NCBI GenBank assembly: GCA_963744145.1
Contig: CAVUSO010000001.1
Span: 1,056,001-1,120,000, forward strand
Reading direction: 5' to 3'
Source of the DNA: an uncultured cyanobacterium
GTDB taxonomy: Bacteria; Cyanobacteriota; Cyanobacteriia; Cyanobacteriales; CAWUOF01
Length of the DNA stretch: 64,000 nt
Under the pieces are notes generated by a model. It did no database searches, was not told where the DNA came from, and saw only the letters and a program-made list of their open reading frames with translations. Both the position numbers and the translations under genes were made by a program. How positions within the stretch are numbered: the first letter of the stretch is position 1; every line of letters begins with the position of its first letter. Of the stretch, positions 1 to 9,283 are shown one piece after another.

Positions 1-1
1 T

Positions 2-283
2 GGATGGTTAGACAATTCAATGTCAGCTAATTGGTTGCTAATCGACCAAGATGGTAGTTGGACGATCTCAACACCAGGAGGATACCACGCTGAGGGAATA
101 ATAAATATACCTAGTTTTGACAACCAGGAATATGTTAAAACCAAGGTTAACTATGGATATGGTTGTGAGTGCTTAAATGTTGTCACAGATAGCAGTCAGA
201 TGAGAATTGTCAGCATCGAAAATGGTAAAGTATTAGCATTAAGTATTTGTCGTACCGATCCCTATTTGCCAAAAAAACATTAG
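2..283 (+). CDS. DUF4087-like small secreted protein, 5'-truncated by the window edge
   Basis: Frame open from base 2 (GWLDNSMSANWLLIDQDGSWTI...GGYHAEG...NYGYGCECL); the GWxDN/WxxDxDG/YGYGC pattern is typical of DUF4087. Confidence 0.65.
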   Translation, partial: GWLDNSMSANWLLIDQDGSWTISTPGGYHAEGIINIPSFDNQEYVKTKVNYGYGCECLNVVTDSSQMRIVSIENGKVLALSICRTDPYLPKKH

Positions 284-307
284 GAATAGAAATTAAATAA
301 TTCGATT

Positions 308-800
308 AGGAAAACACTTTTTCACAGTTTTTAGCCTTCGCTTAACTCGCTGTTTAACTATTTGTAGATAGACATAAGGAAGTTCATTCAATTGTTTTAA
401 TCAAGCATTTTTATAGGCCGCTAATTTATCCGTTGTTATTCTTAATAGATGGCTGTAATCCCATCTGCATAATTCTTTTAACTGTTTAACGTTGGTAGGG
501 GCGTATTGCAATACGCCCCTACTGTATAGTTAGTTCGGGAACCAATCTCAAAGTTTATCCAGAATTTAGTCGCTGATTCCAGGCTAACAAATACCCAGAG
601 CTGACGCTGCTTATTTTTTAGATATGACCAGAGTTCGTCCAATTGTAAATACTGAATTATTAGTCCAATCTGGCTAGCAAAAAAATGAACCTGTTCACTT
701 TTGTCCGCTACCGCTAATATCCATCTTTCAATTGTTCTGGAATCTTTTTCTAAAACATCTGCAATCTGTTCTGCCGATCATCCATAAGTAACTAATTTGA
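308..800 (-). pseudogene. IS1-family transposase remnant with stops and a frameshift, interrupted by a REP-like palindrome
   Basis: Manual minus-strand translation gives AEQIADVLEKDSRTIERW (HTH)...LQLDELWSYLKNKQRQLWVF, then in another frame RITTDKLAAYKNA*; DELWSY and TDxxxxY are IS1 DDE motifs. Confidence 0.75.
495..522. repeat. Perfect 28-bp GTAG-type REP palindrome GTAGGGGCGTATTGCAATACGCCCCTAC
   Basis: Perfect inverted repeat; identical copy at 56333-56360. Confidence 0.9.
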
Positions 801-1038
801 CGGTTTAAACTTCACTGGCGATCGCCAAGGAACACCATCCAACATTTTGACCGACAACCCGGATCAAACCATTGATCAATCGTTGTTAGTGGGTCGATGC
901 CCCCTAGTGTTCTGGCCTGATTTTGATTTTATGTTGTAGCTATTATACCTGAATAAGACCCATTTTACCAACACCTGCACCATTTAGCAGGGAGTACCAA
1001 AAAGTCGATGAATTGATGATGACAATCAACCAGGATTT

Positions 1039-1100
1039 GTAGGGGCGGGTTCACCGATGAATTTATCACACACAAATAACTTTGATGAACCCGCCCAGCA
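1039..1100. repeat. GTAG-type REP-like inverted repeat (GTAGGGGCGGGTTCA...TGAACCCGCCC)
   Basis: Complementary arms separated by a spacer; related elements near 11431-11493 and 30916-30980. Confidence 0.7.
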
Positions 1101-1279
1101 TCACAGATCACCTTGATGAACCTACCCAATCTGACATGGCCAGACAACGCTGCCATACTTCATAAACCTGGAGTAGGCAGTAGATTCATGCTCTCTTTTT
1201 TACCAGATTCTCAGTTCATCTGCATTGAGAGTAGGAAAAGTTTATGATCGCGAGCATAACCTTTTTGCAGGAACTGAAT

Positions 1280-1705
1280 ATGCTTGATATTGGACTAACA
1301 CATATCGCTCTACCAGTATCGGATATTGACCGAAGTATTGAGTTCTATACAACTTATGCTGGAATGCAGGTTGTGCATCATCGCACTGATCCAGAAGGAG
1401 GGTCTGCCGTCGTCTGGTTAACTGATTTTACTCGACCATTTGCGATCGTTCTGATTCAGACCAACTCAGTGCATCCTGTACTCTCTCCATTTGCCCATCT
1501 AGGAATTGGCTGTAAGAGCCGCGAAGCTATGAACGCACTTTGTAACCAGGCTGACCAAGCAGGAATATTAGTGGAAGAACCTAAAGATTCTGGGTATCCT
1601 GTTGGCTATTGGGCATTTTTGCGAGATCCCGATGGTCACACTCTGGAACTATCCTATGGTCAAGAGATTGGACTGACCGTGAATCAAAAATTGGCTAGTT
1701 TATAA
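1280..1705 (+). CDS. VOC/glyoxalase family protein
   Basis: LTHIALPVSDIDRSIEFY, HLGIGC and FLRDPDGHTLELSY motifs; ATG at 1280 preferred over 1244. Confidence 0.9.
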   Translation: MLDIGLTHIALPVSDIDRSIEFYTTYAGMQVVHHRTDPEGGSAVVWLTDFTRPFAIVLIQTNSVHPVLSPFAHLGIGCKSREAMNALCNQADQAGILVEEPKDSGYPVGYWAFLRDPDGHTLELSYGQEIGLTVNQKLASL

Positions 1706-1734
1706 TTATATATAGATGGGGATCAGCTATTCTC

Positions 1735-2070
1735 CTAAGTAAGTGGGTGGAAAAGTTTATCAGTATGTAACGAAAAGTTAACCCGTGGGGGGAGAGTTAA
1801 ATTTAACCAATTCTCTTAAACCACTGCATCCTACTTGATCTGAAATCTAATGATGTTTGCATAAACTATTAATTTTGGAGCAACTTCTTTAACTAATTTG
1901 AGTCGTTGAGATTCATCATCATCTAAATCTTTCTGATTTTTAAGTAACACATATTTACTCTTAATTAATCCGCCTAATATTGGCGATTTTTCTTGTTGAT
2001 TTTCCAATGGCTGCTAATGGTGATGCAAGGCTTTTGAGTTATTTTACACCTCTTTCTTGCACCTGACTAG
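1735..2070 (-). pseudogene. ISL3-family transposase fragment with probable element end
   Basis: Minus-strand fragment ILGGLIKSKYVLLKNQKDLDDDESQRLKLVKEVAPKL resembles cyanobacterial ISL3 transposases; no intact ORF. Confidence 0.6.
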
Positions 2071-2244
2071 GTTTCTATAGGGCGGTAATCTATATGTTGC
2101 TAACATGGTGCGCTCCACACAGTTTCCCAAATAGCAGCGGGCAAGTTCCCCATTATTTCTAGTTCTGTGACTAACTAGTTGGCTTTGTCTATGGTGGCGA
2201 TCGCGATCTGCTCAACCAACCCCCAAGCAGCACCAAACACAGAC

Positions 2245-2322
2245 TAATACCAATTTCATAAATTAGCACTACAGATGATATATATAGACTATCTGTAGTC
2301 ATAATTGTCAGAATTGGTATTA
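2245..2322. mobile_element. Short MITE-like element, TIR TAATACCAATT/AATTGGTATTA, internal hairpin ACTACAGAT/ATCTGTAGT
   Basis: Terminal inverted repeats visible; same TIR core at 51875-52117. Confidence 0.6.
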
Positions 2323-2324
2323 AT

Positions 2325-3506
2325 CTATGGTGAAACTAGATCAAACTCAGGTTTGATCGTGGCGTAGGCCCAATCTAACCACGGGAGTAACGCTTCAATG
2401 TCTGTCGTTTCTACCGTAGCCCCGCCCCAAATCCTCAGTCCTGGAGGTGCAGCACGGTAAGAGGCAATGTCGAAAGCTACGTCCTGCTTCTCTAGAAGCT
2501 TTGCTAGTTTTTGGATGTATTCTGCCTGCTGTTGTGGACTTAAAACAGTAAACGAAGCATCGACAATCTTCAAACAGATGGATGTACAAGAGCGAATTGC
2601 TGGTTTCTCGGCTAAAAAATCTACCCAGCTACTTTGCTCAACCCAGTTGACAATTGTGGCCAGGTTTGCTTCACTGCGGCGAATCAACTCTGGCAGTCCG
2701 CCGATACTTTCTGCCCACATTAACCCGTCGATCGCATCTTCTACACACAGCATCGATGGTGTGTTGATCGTCTCTCCTTTAAAAATGCCTTCAATGAGTT
2801 TGCCTTTTTGTGTGAGGCGGAAAAGTTTTGGTAGAGGTCAAGCAGGTTGATAGCTTTCGAGGCGTTCCACGGCACGGGGTGAAAGTACAATTACACCATG
2901 TTGTGCTTCCCCACCCAATACCTTTTGCCAGGAATAGGTCACTACATCCAACTTATCCCACGGTATATCCATAGCGAACACAGCCGATGTGGCATCACAG
3001 ATGGTAAGTCCAGTACGGTCGGCGCTGATCCAGTCGCCATCAGACACCCTGACACCGGAGGTTGTACCATTCCACAAAAACACTACGTCTCGATTAAAGT
3101 CAACTTCATTTAGGTTGGGTAAACTGCCATAGGGTGCCTTCAGGAGACGTGCATCAGGCAACTTTAATTCATCAACAACATCTTTGACCCATTCCTGACC
3201 AAAGCTTTCCCATGCCAAGATGTCAAGAGGACGTTGTCCCAGGAGAGACCATAACGCCATTTCCACTGCACCTGTATCGGAAGCAGGAACGATACCCAAG
3301 CGATAGTCAGAAGGAACACCGAGAATTTTCTTAGAGCGTTCGATCACTTCTGTTAACTTAGCTTTGCCAGTGGTAGCGCGATGGGAACGACCAACACAAG
3401 CATTTTCCAGATTGGCCACACTCCAGCCGGGACGCTTCGCGCAAGGCCCAGAAGAAAAATGTGGAATGTGTGGCTTTATTGTTGGGGGTGTAAGATGATT
3501 TGACAT
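2325..3506 (-). pseudogene. serC: Phosphoserine aminotransferase (Methanosarcina/alphaproteobacterial type) interrupted by one in-frame TGA at 2838-2840
   Basis: [46 protein letters not shown] (PLP Lys), then ESYQPA*PLPKLFRLT...TINTPSML in the same frame to the C-terminus. Confidence 0.85.
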
Positions 3507-3794
3507 TGATGTTTAGTGTTGGTGTACGGTATCTGTTAGGTACTAGCTTAAATGATACCTTAATGAAGTTTCAAGACTTTGAGACATATAGTCAATACTT
3601 CCGACAGTTTTTGAGATAGATGCCCAAACCCCGCATTCTGCCAAGTAAAGCGTCTGAAAATCTGATTTCCCCTGAGCAGGTTCGTTCTATTGACTAATGT
3701 TTTAGTGGATACCAGTATAATGACTTTATGTTTACCAACTGATGCGATCGCGAAACTTGGTCTTGAATTGCTTAAAGAAGTTAGTGTTATGCCC

Positions 3795-4823
3795 TCATTT
3801 TACCAATCTAATTAAGTAATATATAATAAACCTTAACAAAGTTAAAGGTGCATAAAAAGCTAAATCAAGTCCTGAAGTGCAGATGATAATTAACTGATGT
3901 ATTGTGCTAATTTTCCCAGATTTTATACCTGTTAATTCTTCCTTTAAACGAGCAACTTGATCTCGCTGTATTCCAATTTCTTTCCCTGAAACCCGTAGGG
4001 CTTTTTCTGTTAATTTAATAGCCTTTTTCTCATTTCCTTCAGCTTGAGCAAGTTCAGCTAATCGATACAGTACCCCAACTTTTGTATCGGTGCGATTAAT
4101 TTTGTGACTAAGTTGTAAACATTCTTTATAATATTTCCTAGCTTCTTGATAATTCCCCTTGAGCAAATACCATCGACCTAAATTGATTAGTGGTGCAGTT
4201 TGATAATAAACATATTCATCTCCCAAAGAGCGATATTTTTCTAGAGCAAGTAAAAGTTCGTTTAAACTAGGAGTTAAATCGGATAACTTCAGGTAGAGAT
4301 TTCCCAAAAGATTATGGATTTCCGCTAAGTGAGCTTGTTGTTTTACCTGTAATTCACGGACTGGATTTTCTTGAGCGGTAATAATATTGAGAGCTAGACG
4401 ATAGGATTTAAGGGCAGAACCAAAACGTCTTTGTCGATGATATAATACTCCTAGATATCGTAAAGATTCACATTGTCCATAAAAATAACTAACGTCTTTA
4501 AACATTCTTAAAGATTCTTTAAAATATGATTTTGCTCGCGCAAATTCTGCATTTTCCATATAATTCCAACCCATTTGGTTTAAGACATCTCCCTGGATGA
4601 TTGTCGTACATTCAAAGACAATATTCGCACCCTGAAAGTAATATTGCCAATATCCGAACTCCCATAAATCTTTACTAATGCGCTCCCACGAATATAAAAT
4701 TAAATAAAATAACTTTCTACTTTTAAGTCGGTCATTTTCTAATAAGAATCGGTCTTTTAAAAGTTTTAGTTCTTGAATACTATTATCTCTGTCATCATTT
4801 ATATTAAAATCAAATTTAGACAT
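3795..4823 (-). CDS. Tetratricopeptide-repeat protein with hydrophobic C-terminal tail
   Basis: Repeated LNQMGWNY/LRYLGVLY/HNLLGNLY/LINLGRWY TPR units; ATG at 4823 lies 10 bp after the caspase-NB-ARC stop. Confidence 0.85.
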   Translation of the reverse strand: MSKFDFNINDDRDNSIQELKLLKDRFLLENDRLKSRKLFYLILYSWERISKDLWEFGYWQYYFQGANIVFECTTIIQGDVLNQMGWNYMENAEFARAKSYFKESLRMFKDVSYFYGQCESLRYLGVLYHRQRRFGSALKSYRLALNIITAQENPVRELQVKQQAHLAEIHNLLGNLYLKLSDLTPSLNELLLALEKYRSLGDEYVYYQTAPLINLGRWYLLKGNYQEARKYYKECLQLSHKINRTDTKVGVLYRLAELAQAEGNEKKAIKLTEKALRVSGKEIGIQRDQVARLKEELTGIKSGKISTIHQLIIICTSGLDLAFYAPLTLLRFIIYYLIRLVK

Positions 4824-4833
4824 AAGGTTTGAT

Positions 4834-6690
4834 TTACTCTCTATTATTAGGTCCGTATTTCCATTGAACGAATTGCTCCAGTTCCTCCAGAGAAGGTTCC
4901 CATTTTTCAACTAAATCATTACGCACACTGGTTCTTACCCAGGGGTGTAAATCATATCGCTTTTCACCTACTATATCTCTAGTTTCTGCGATTAAATACC
5001 AACGGTTAAGTTCATTACTTGCTGTTGACCATTCAGATAAACCCCAACCTTGTGAAATTTCAGCTTGGGTAATACTAGCATTCTTTTGACTAAGAATATG
5101 TAAGAGTCGTTTAGAAGTCTGAGAAAGCGCTTTCCAAGCTGTTTCTAAGGCAAATTTATAAAAGATTTGCACTTCTCCACTTGCTTCTTCTAAAGCAGAT
5201 AGAACTGGGTCGATAGCATCTTGATTATCTACTAAACCAACAACAAAATGTAATGCTAGTGGTGCACCATAAGAAAATTCATGGATACGGTGTAATTCCT
5301 CTTCTGTTGCTTGGATAAGAGCTGGTATTTGTTTATAATTTGCTTCATCAAGTAAAAGTTTTTTTGACCAGATTTCATCTAATCCTGTGATGGGAAGCAA
5401 TTTAACAAATGTAGATTTAGCTTTGACCCGACTGGTTAAAAGCATTCGACTAGGGTTAAGTATTTTGGGGATTTTAGCTAATATATCTGAATAATCTGAT
5501 GTTTCCGCATTGTCTAAAACTATCAGTCGTTTTTTCTCTCTTAGATGTTGCTGAATCCGATTTTCTGAGTTAGAGCATTGTAGTTGAATCGCTATTTCTT
5601 CTACAAATTTATCCCAAGTAAGTGATGCCGATCGCTGACTTTTACTAATTTTACTATCTACTAACTCTGTATCTCTTGCTGTTACCCACAATACATCAGC
5701 AAAAATCTTTTGATCTAAAGCTTTTTTTGCGATCGCTTTTGCTGCTTCTGTTTTCCCATACCCAGGACTACCGCTTAAACAAAATATTGATAACTCTTCG
5801 GGAGATTTCAAATAGTTGATAATTTCGGTGACTAGATCATCTCTTCCCCATACGATTCGACATAGACGATCGGGGATAAATTTTCCTTTGATTTCTGTTT
5901 GTTTTTGAGTATCAATGTAGTTGGTGCTGTTTCCTTGCCAAAAATTAATCTCTGTTCCACTATGAAAATGTACTGGACGCTGAGGATAAGTTTGAAACTG
6001 AGGATGGTTCTGAAATTCAGTTACTACTCCACTGGCAATATCTATATTATTAATATATTTACCAATCCCATAACGTTCCGGTTTTAATACTTCTAATAAT
6101 AAATGAGTTAGCACTCCATGACCATCGACAGCATGAGCTATTTCTGAGTTACGACAAGCGGCGATGAAAGAACGGTTAACAGAAGTTTTTGCAGCTAGGT
6201 TATTGAATCTTTGTAATATCGATTCAGTCAATTGACCGCTGTGACAACAATCTAACCAAACTATCTGTTCAGGAACACTACTTTCCATCAGTTGATCTGC
6301 TAAAAAATCAAAGGGTACTCCCCATCGATCGTCTTCTGGTTTATAGTCACTTGTCCCTAAATACGCGATCGCTTTTCCATAATCATCATTAACTAAACCA
6401 TGTCCAGCAAAAAATAATAGGGCTGTTGTTTTCCCATCTTTAGCTTGAAATAACTCAAAAATCTTATCTTTGAGAGCTTTAGCTTTAACTAATCCTTTCT
6501 GATCTGTTTCAAATTTTCCCTCATCTTCTTTGTCCGGGACTATTGTCACTTCAAATTGACCATACTGTCTGAGTAAATCAGCGATCGCTTGTGCATCTAT
6601 AGCTGCGTAGTCCAGATGACAACTTTTACCATCACGATCTTTGAGGAAAGGATAGCGATTAATCCCTACTACCAATGCTTGTCGGGTCAT
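4834..6690 (-). CDS. Caspase (peptidase C14) - NB-ARC/STAND ATPase fusion with intact His-Cys dyad
   Basis: ALVVGINRY, LLFFAGHG, WLDCCHSG; Walker A GSPGYGKT, Walker B LIVLDNAE, LLTSR, GAPLAL, RYDLHPWVR (MHD-like). Confidence 0.9.
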   Translation of the reverse strand: MTRQALVVGINRYPFLKDRDGKSCHLDYAAIDAQAIADLLRQYGQFEVTIVPDKEDEGKFETDQKGLVKAKALKDKIFELFQAKDGKTTALLFFAGHGLVNDDYGKAIAYLGTSDYKPEDDRWGVPFDFLADQLMESSVPEQIVWLDCCHSGQLTESILQRFNNLAAKTSVNRSFIAACRNSEIAHAVDGHGVLTHLLLEVLKPERYGIGKYINNIDIASGVVTEFQNHPQFQTYPQRPVHFHSGTEINFWQGNSTNYIDTQKQTEIKGKFIPDRLCRIVWGRDDLVTEIINYLKSPEELSIFCLSGSPGYGKTEAAKAIAKKALDQKIFADVLWVTARDTELVDSKISKSQRSASLTWDKFVEEIAIQLQCSNSENRIQQHLREKKRLIVLDNAETSDYSDILAKIPKILNPSRMLLTSRVKAKSTFVKLLPITGLDEIWSKKLLLDEANYKQIPALIQATEEELHRIHEFSYGAPLALHFVVGLVDNQDAIDPVLSALEEASGEVQIFYKFALETAWKALSQTSKRLLHILSQKNASITQAEISQGWGLSEWSTASNELNRWYLIAETRDIVGEKRYDLHPWVRTSVRNDLVEKWEPSLEELEQFVQWKYGPNNRE

Positions 6691-6782
6691 TGACAATTCA
6701 CTACTTGTATTTTAGAATGGTTGCTAAATATTTTATATTTATTCAGCTCATCCAAGCTAGGATCTTAAACAAAACTTCAAGA
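6688..6782 (-). repeat. Copy 1 of a ~95-bp caspase-gene leader; direct repeat with 10511-10605
   Basis: 31-bp exact match TCCAAGCTAGGATCTTAAACAAAACTTCAAG (6751-6781 = 10574-10604), with similarity extending to the caspase ATG. Confidence 0.9.
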
Positions 6783-6784
6783 AT

Positions 6785-6878
6785 GCAGAAATATAATGGA
6801 ATGTAGCATTTGCGCGATCGCCATATCCTCTTGCTGGTACTAGCAGATAAAACAATACTGGACAAACCCAAGAATTAG
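6785..6878 (+). pseudogene. Degenerate copy of the 3' half of antitoxin 8716-8940
   Basis: GCAGAAATATAATGGAATGTAGCATTTGCGCGATCGCC...CTGGACAAACCCAAGAATTAGA aligns by eye with 8818-8924, with an internal deletion and a stop. Confidence 0.75.
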
Positions 6879-6897
6879 AGATAGAGGTAATTTAACC

Positions 6898-7554
6898 ATG
6901 AATCAAATAACTGAAATCAGCTCCAATGAACAGCAAATGATTATCCAATTAAGAACTCTATCCCCTGAAAACCAACAGGTGGTAATTGATTTAATTGGTG
7001 CGTTGCAAGCGATCGCTACCAAATCACAGGAACCTAACCCAGAATTAGAGGATAATGTTAAGATTAGTGTTCATCAGGTATTAGGCAAATCTGATTTAAC
7101 TTTTGAACATGAAGGTCAAGTAATTTACACCCTAATTACTAAAGCGTTTAATCAAGGAAAAAGAGTAGTTTTATCTTTTCACAACGTCCAGAGAATTACT
7201 TGGCTATTTATTACTAAGGCGATCGGTCAGTTGTATGAGCATTTTTCTGAATCTCAGATCCAATCTTGTTTGCATTTAGTTGATCTTACTGAAGAAGATG
7301 TGGAATTTATTAATCATGTGATCGAAACGAAAAAAGAATTTTTAATAAATCCAGAAAAATTCCGACAACCAATGAGTGATGAACGGTTAGAAGAGTTGCG
7401 TCAAAAAAATCCAGAGAATTCTATACTTAAAGTATTGGGTATGTTTAAAGATGATGAAACCTTTGACGATATGTTAGCTAATATAGCGGAGTATCGTCGC
7501 GAATTAGATGAGGAACATTTTCGACAACTTGATGCGGAGTCAGCGGAAAATTGA
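6898..7554 (+). CDS. STAS-like (DUF4325) protein with antitoxin-like N- and C-terminal segments
   Basis: EGQVIYTLITKAFNQGKRVVLSFHNV...FITKAIGQLY is a DUF4325 pattern; LRTLSPENQQVVIDLI and GMFKDDETFDDMLANI resemble small antitoxins. Confidence 0.6.
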   Translation: MNQITEISSNEQQMIIQLRTLSPENQQVVIDLIGALQAIATKSQEPNPELEDNVKISVHQVLGKSDLTFEHEGQVIYTLITKAFNQGKRVVLSFHNVQRITWLFITKAIGQLYEHFSESQIQSCLHLVDLTEEDVEFINHVIETKKEFLINPEKFRQPMSDERLEELRQKNPENSILKVLGMFKDDETFDDMLANIAEYRRELDEEHFRQLDAESAEN

Positions 7555-7619
7555 CTCTAAGAATTACCCACGGAGTCCACAGATACATACTTGACGATTT
7601 TGTAACTAAATTAGGCTGA

Positions 7620-8021
7620 TTATGGAAATAAACCTAAACGAATCCATAATTGTCGCGCTATTAACTGTGCTGGAGAGTTCAGTTCCAGACTTCCAACTGT
7701 TACTCTACCTGTAGCTGTTATTCCGACAATTGTACCAGACTCGGTTTCCACTTGAAAATGCTCATCCCATCGATCTTGTCTTGGGTGAAAAAGGGAAACT
7801 TCCGTGTTAGAGGTAGAATCAAGTCCACTGATGTTAGTCCCTTTACGCAGGTTACAAGAGCGACAAGCTAATGCGAGGTTTGACATTTGATCGTTACCAC
7901 CTCGATAAAGTGGAAGGATATGTTCAACCTCAAAAGGGAAGTTAAATAGGATTTCAGGAGCGCGACAATATTCGCAACAATGATCAGCGCGATCGGCTAC
8001 TAGGGTATAATAAGGGTTCAT
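7620..8021 (-). CDS. HNH endonuclease (putative toxin)
   Basis: CCEYC...FEVEHILP...NLALACRSCNLRKG, LFHPRQDRWDEHF. Confidence 0.9.
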   Translation of the reverse strand: MNPYYTLVADRADHCCEYCRAPEILFNFPFEVEHILPLYRGGNDQMSNLALACRSCNLRKGTNISGLDSTSNTEVSLFHPRQDRWDEHFQVETESGTIVGITATGRVTVGSLELNSPAQLIARQLWIRLGLFP

Positions 8022-8380
8022 TAACTCAATTGTTGGATAAGAGCCGATGTCCGAAATGTAGCCGCTTTAAGTTCGGCTTCGACAAGATGTTCTAATTCTG
8101 CTTGTTGTTTGGCAGAAATAGTTTGTCCGCGATCGCGTGCTGCACGCCATAGGTTCATTAATTCTGATAATTGTTTTTGTTGTTCGGCAGTAAAAAATTC
8201 GTCAGGGTTAAAGCTTTGAATAATTAGTAATACTTTGAAGTTTGTTTCGCCTAACAAAGTAATCAAACCATCTAAAGCTTGACCTGCGGTTGTACCAACA
8301 GACTGTTGATCGCCAGCAATAGCGCGATAAGATTTCTCACCGTTGGGATTAAATACAGGTAGGATAGCAACTGTAGTCAT
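8021..8380 (-). CDS. Small protein translationally coupled to the HNH gene (putative antitoxin)
   Basis: TAATG stop/start overlap with the HNH gene; PDEFFTAEQQKQLSELM...ELEHLVEAEL. Confidence 0.7.
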   Translation of the reverse strand: MTTVAILPVFNPNGEKSYRAIAGDQQSVGTTAGQALDGLITLLGETNFKVLLIIQSFNPDEFFTAEQQKQLSELMNLWRAARDRGQTISAKQQAELEHLVEAELKAATFRTSALIQQLS

Positions 8381-8416
8381 ATCTAGTCCAAAGTTAATTA
8401 ATTATTAATTATAACC

Positions 8417-8646
8417 CAATCCAGTTCAATTAACCGTAGGGGCGTTCGCGTAGCGTGCCGTAGGCATAGCTTCGGGCGATAATTTACTACTTAAATTTTA
8501 CCCTGAGTGTTCCCTGAGCGGAGTCGAAGCTTGCCCTGAGCGTAGCCGAAGGGGGCGGAGTCGAAGGGCCATTAATTTTATATCCAAATACTTCGCCCAG
8601 TTCTTCGCCGAGATTTCCCAAAAAAATCCTTAACTTAACTGTATTG
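8417..8646. mobile_element. MITE-like element carrying nested small repeats
   Basis: Imperfect TIRs CAATCCAGTTCAATTAA/TTAACTTAACTGTATTG; body matches 36356-36490 but has extra GCGTAGCGTGCCGTAGGCAT and CCTGAGCGnAGyCGAAG units. Confidence 0.6.
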
Positions 8647-8715
8647 TGTTATAGTTATCTCTCGGTTAGTGCTATAATTTCAATCGATGATAATTGGAAT
8701 TATATCTTCTAGGCG

Positions 8716-8940
8716 GTGAATATGACTGAGTTACTTGAACGGGCGATCGCGCAATTGAAAACCTTACCAGCTAGTGAACAGGACGCGATCGCTACGATCA
8801 TACTGGAAGAACTTGAAGCAGAAATACAATGGGATGCAGCATTTGCGCGATCGCCAGATATTCTTGCCAAACTGGCAGCTAAAGCAATGACTGAGTACCA
8901 TGCTGGACAAACCCAAGAGTTAGATCCAGAAACACTGTGA
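8716..8940 (+). CDS. Type II antitoxin-like protein
   Basis: MTELLERAIAQLKTLPASEQDAIA...WDAAFARS; GTGA overlap with the downstream toxin. Confidence 0.8.
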   Translation: MNMTELLERAIAQLKTLPASEQDAIATIILEELEAEIQWDAAFARSPDILAKLAAKAMTEYHAGQTQELDPETL

Positions 8941-9206
8941 AATCACAAACAACCAGATCTTTTCGTCAAACATTTGCCGAACTACCAAAGCAAGTGCAAG
9001 ATCAAACACGCGAAGCTTATCGACAATTCAAACGAGATCCTAATTATCCTAGTCTTCACTTCAAAAAGGTACATCCAGAATTATCAATTTATTCGGCTCG
9101 AATTAATAAAAACTATCGAGCCGTTGGACAGTTAGATGGAGATATCGTCATTTGGTTTTGGGTTGGTTCACATACAGATTATGAGCGGTTACTCTCTCAG
9201 TTCTAA
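8937..9206 (+). CDS. RelE/ParE-like type II toxin
   Basis: FAELPKQVQ...YPSLHFKKV...YSARINKNYRAVG...WFWVGSHTDYERLL. Confidence 0.85.
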   Translation: MKSQTTRSFRQTFAELPKQVQDQTREAYRQFKRDPNYPSLHFKKVHPELSIYSARINKNYRAVGQLDGDIVIWFWVGSHTDYERLLSQF

Positions 9207-9283
9207 TTTCACCAACTGATAAGTACGCTAAGAATTAAATAGAAGCGATCGCATTTATGAAACACAGGGAGTGCGATCGCCCC

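Noticed and set aside
965..1156. 63-aa ORF
   Set aside because: Runs through a REP-like repeat; no homology evident
2838..2840. Selenocysteine or genetic code 4 at the serC TGA
   Set aside because: The position is Trp, not Cys, in the family, and TGA ends many genes normally in this window
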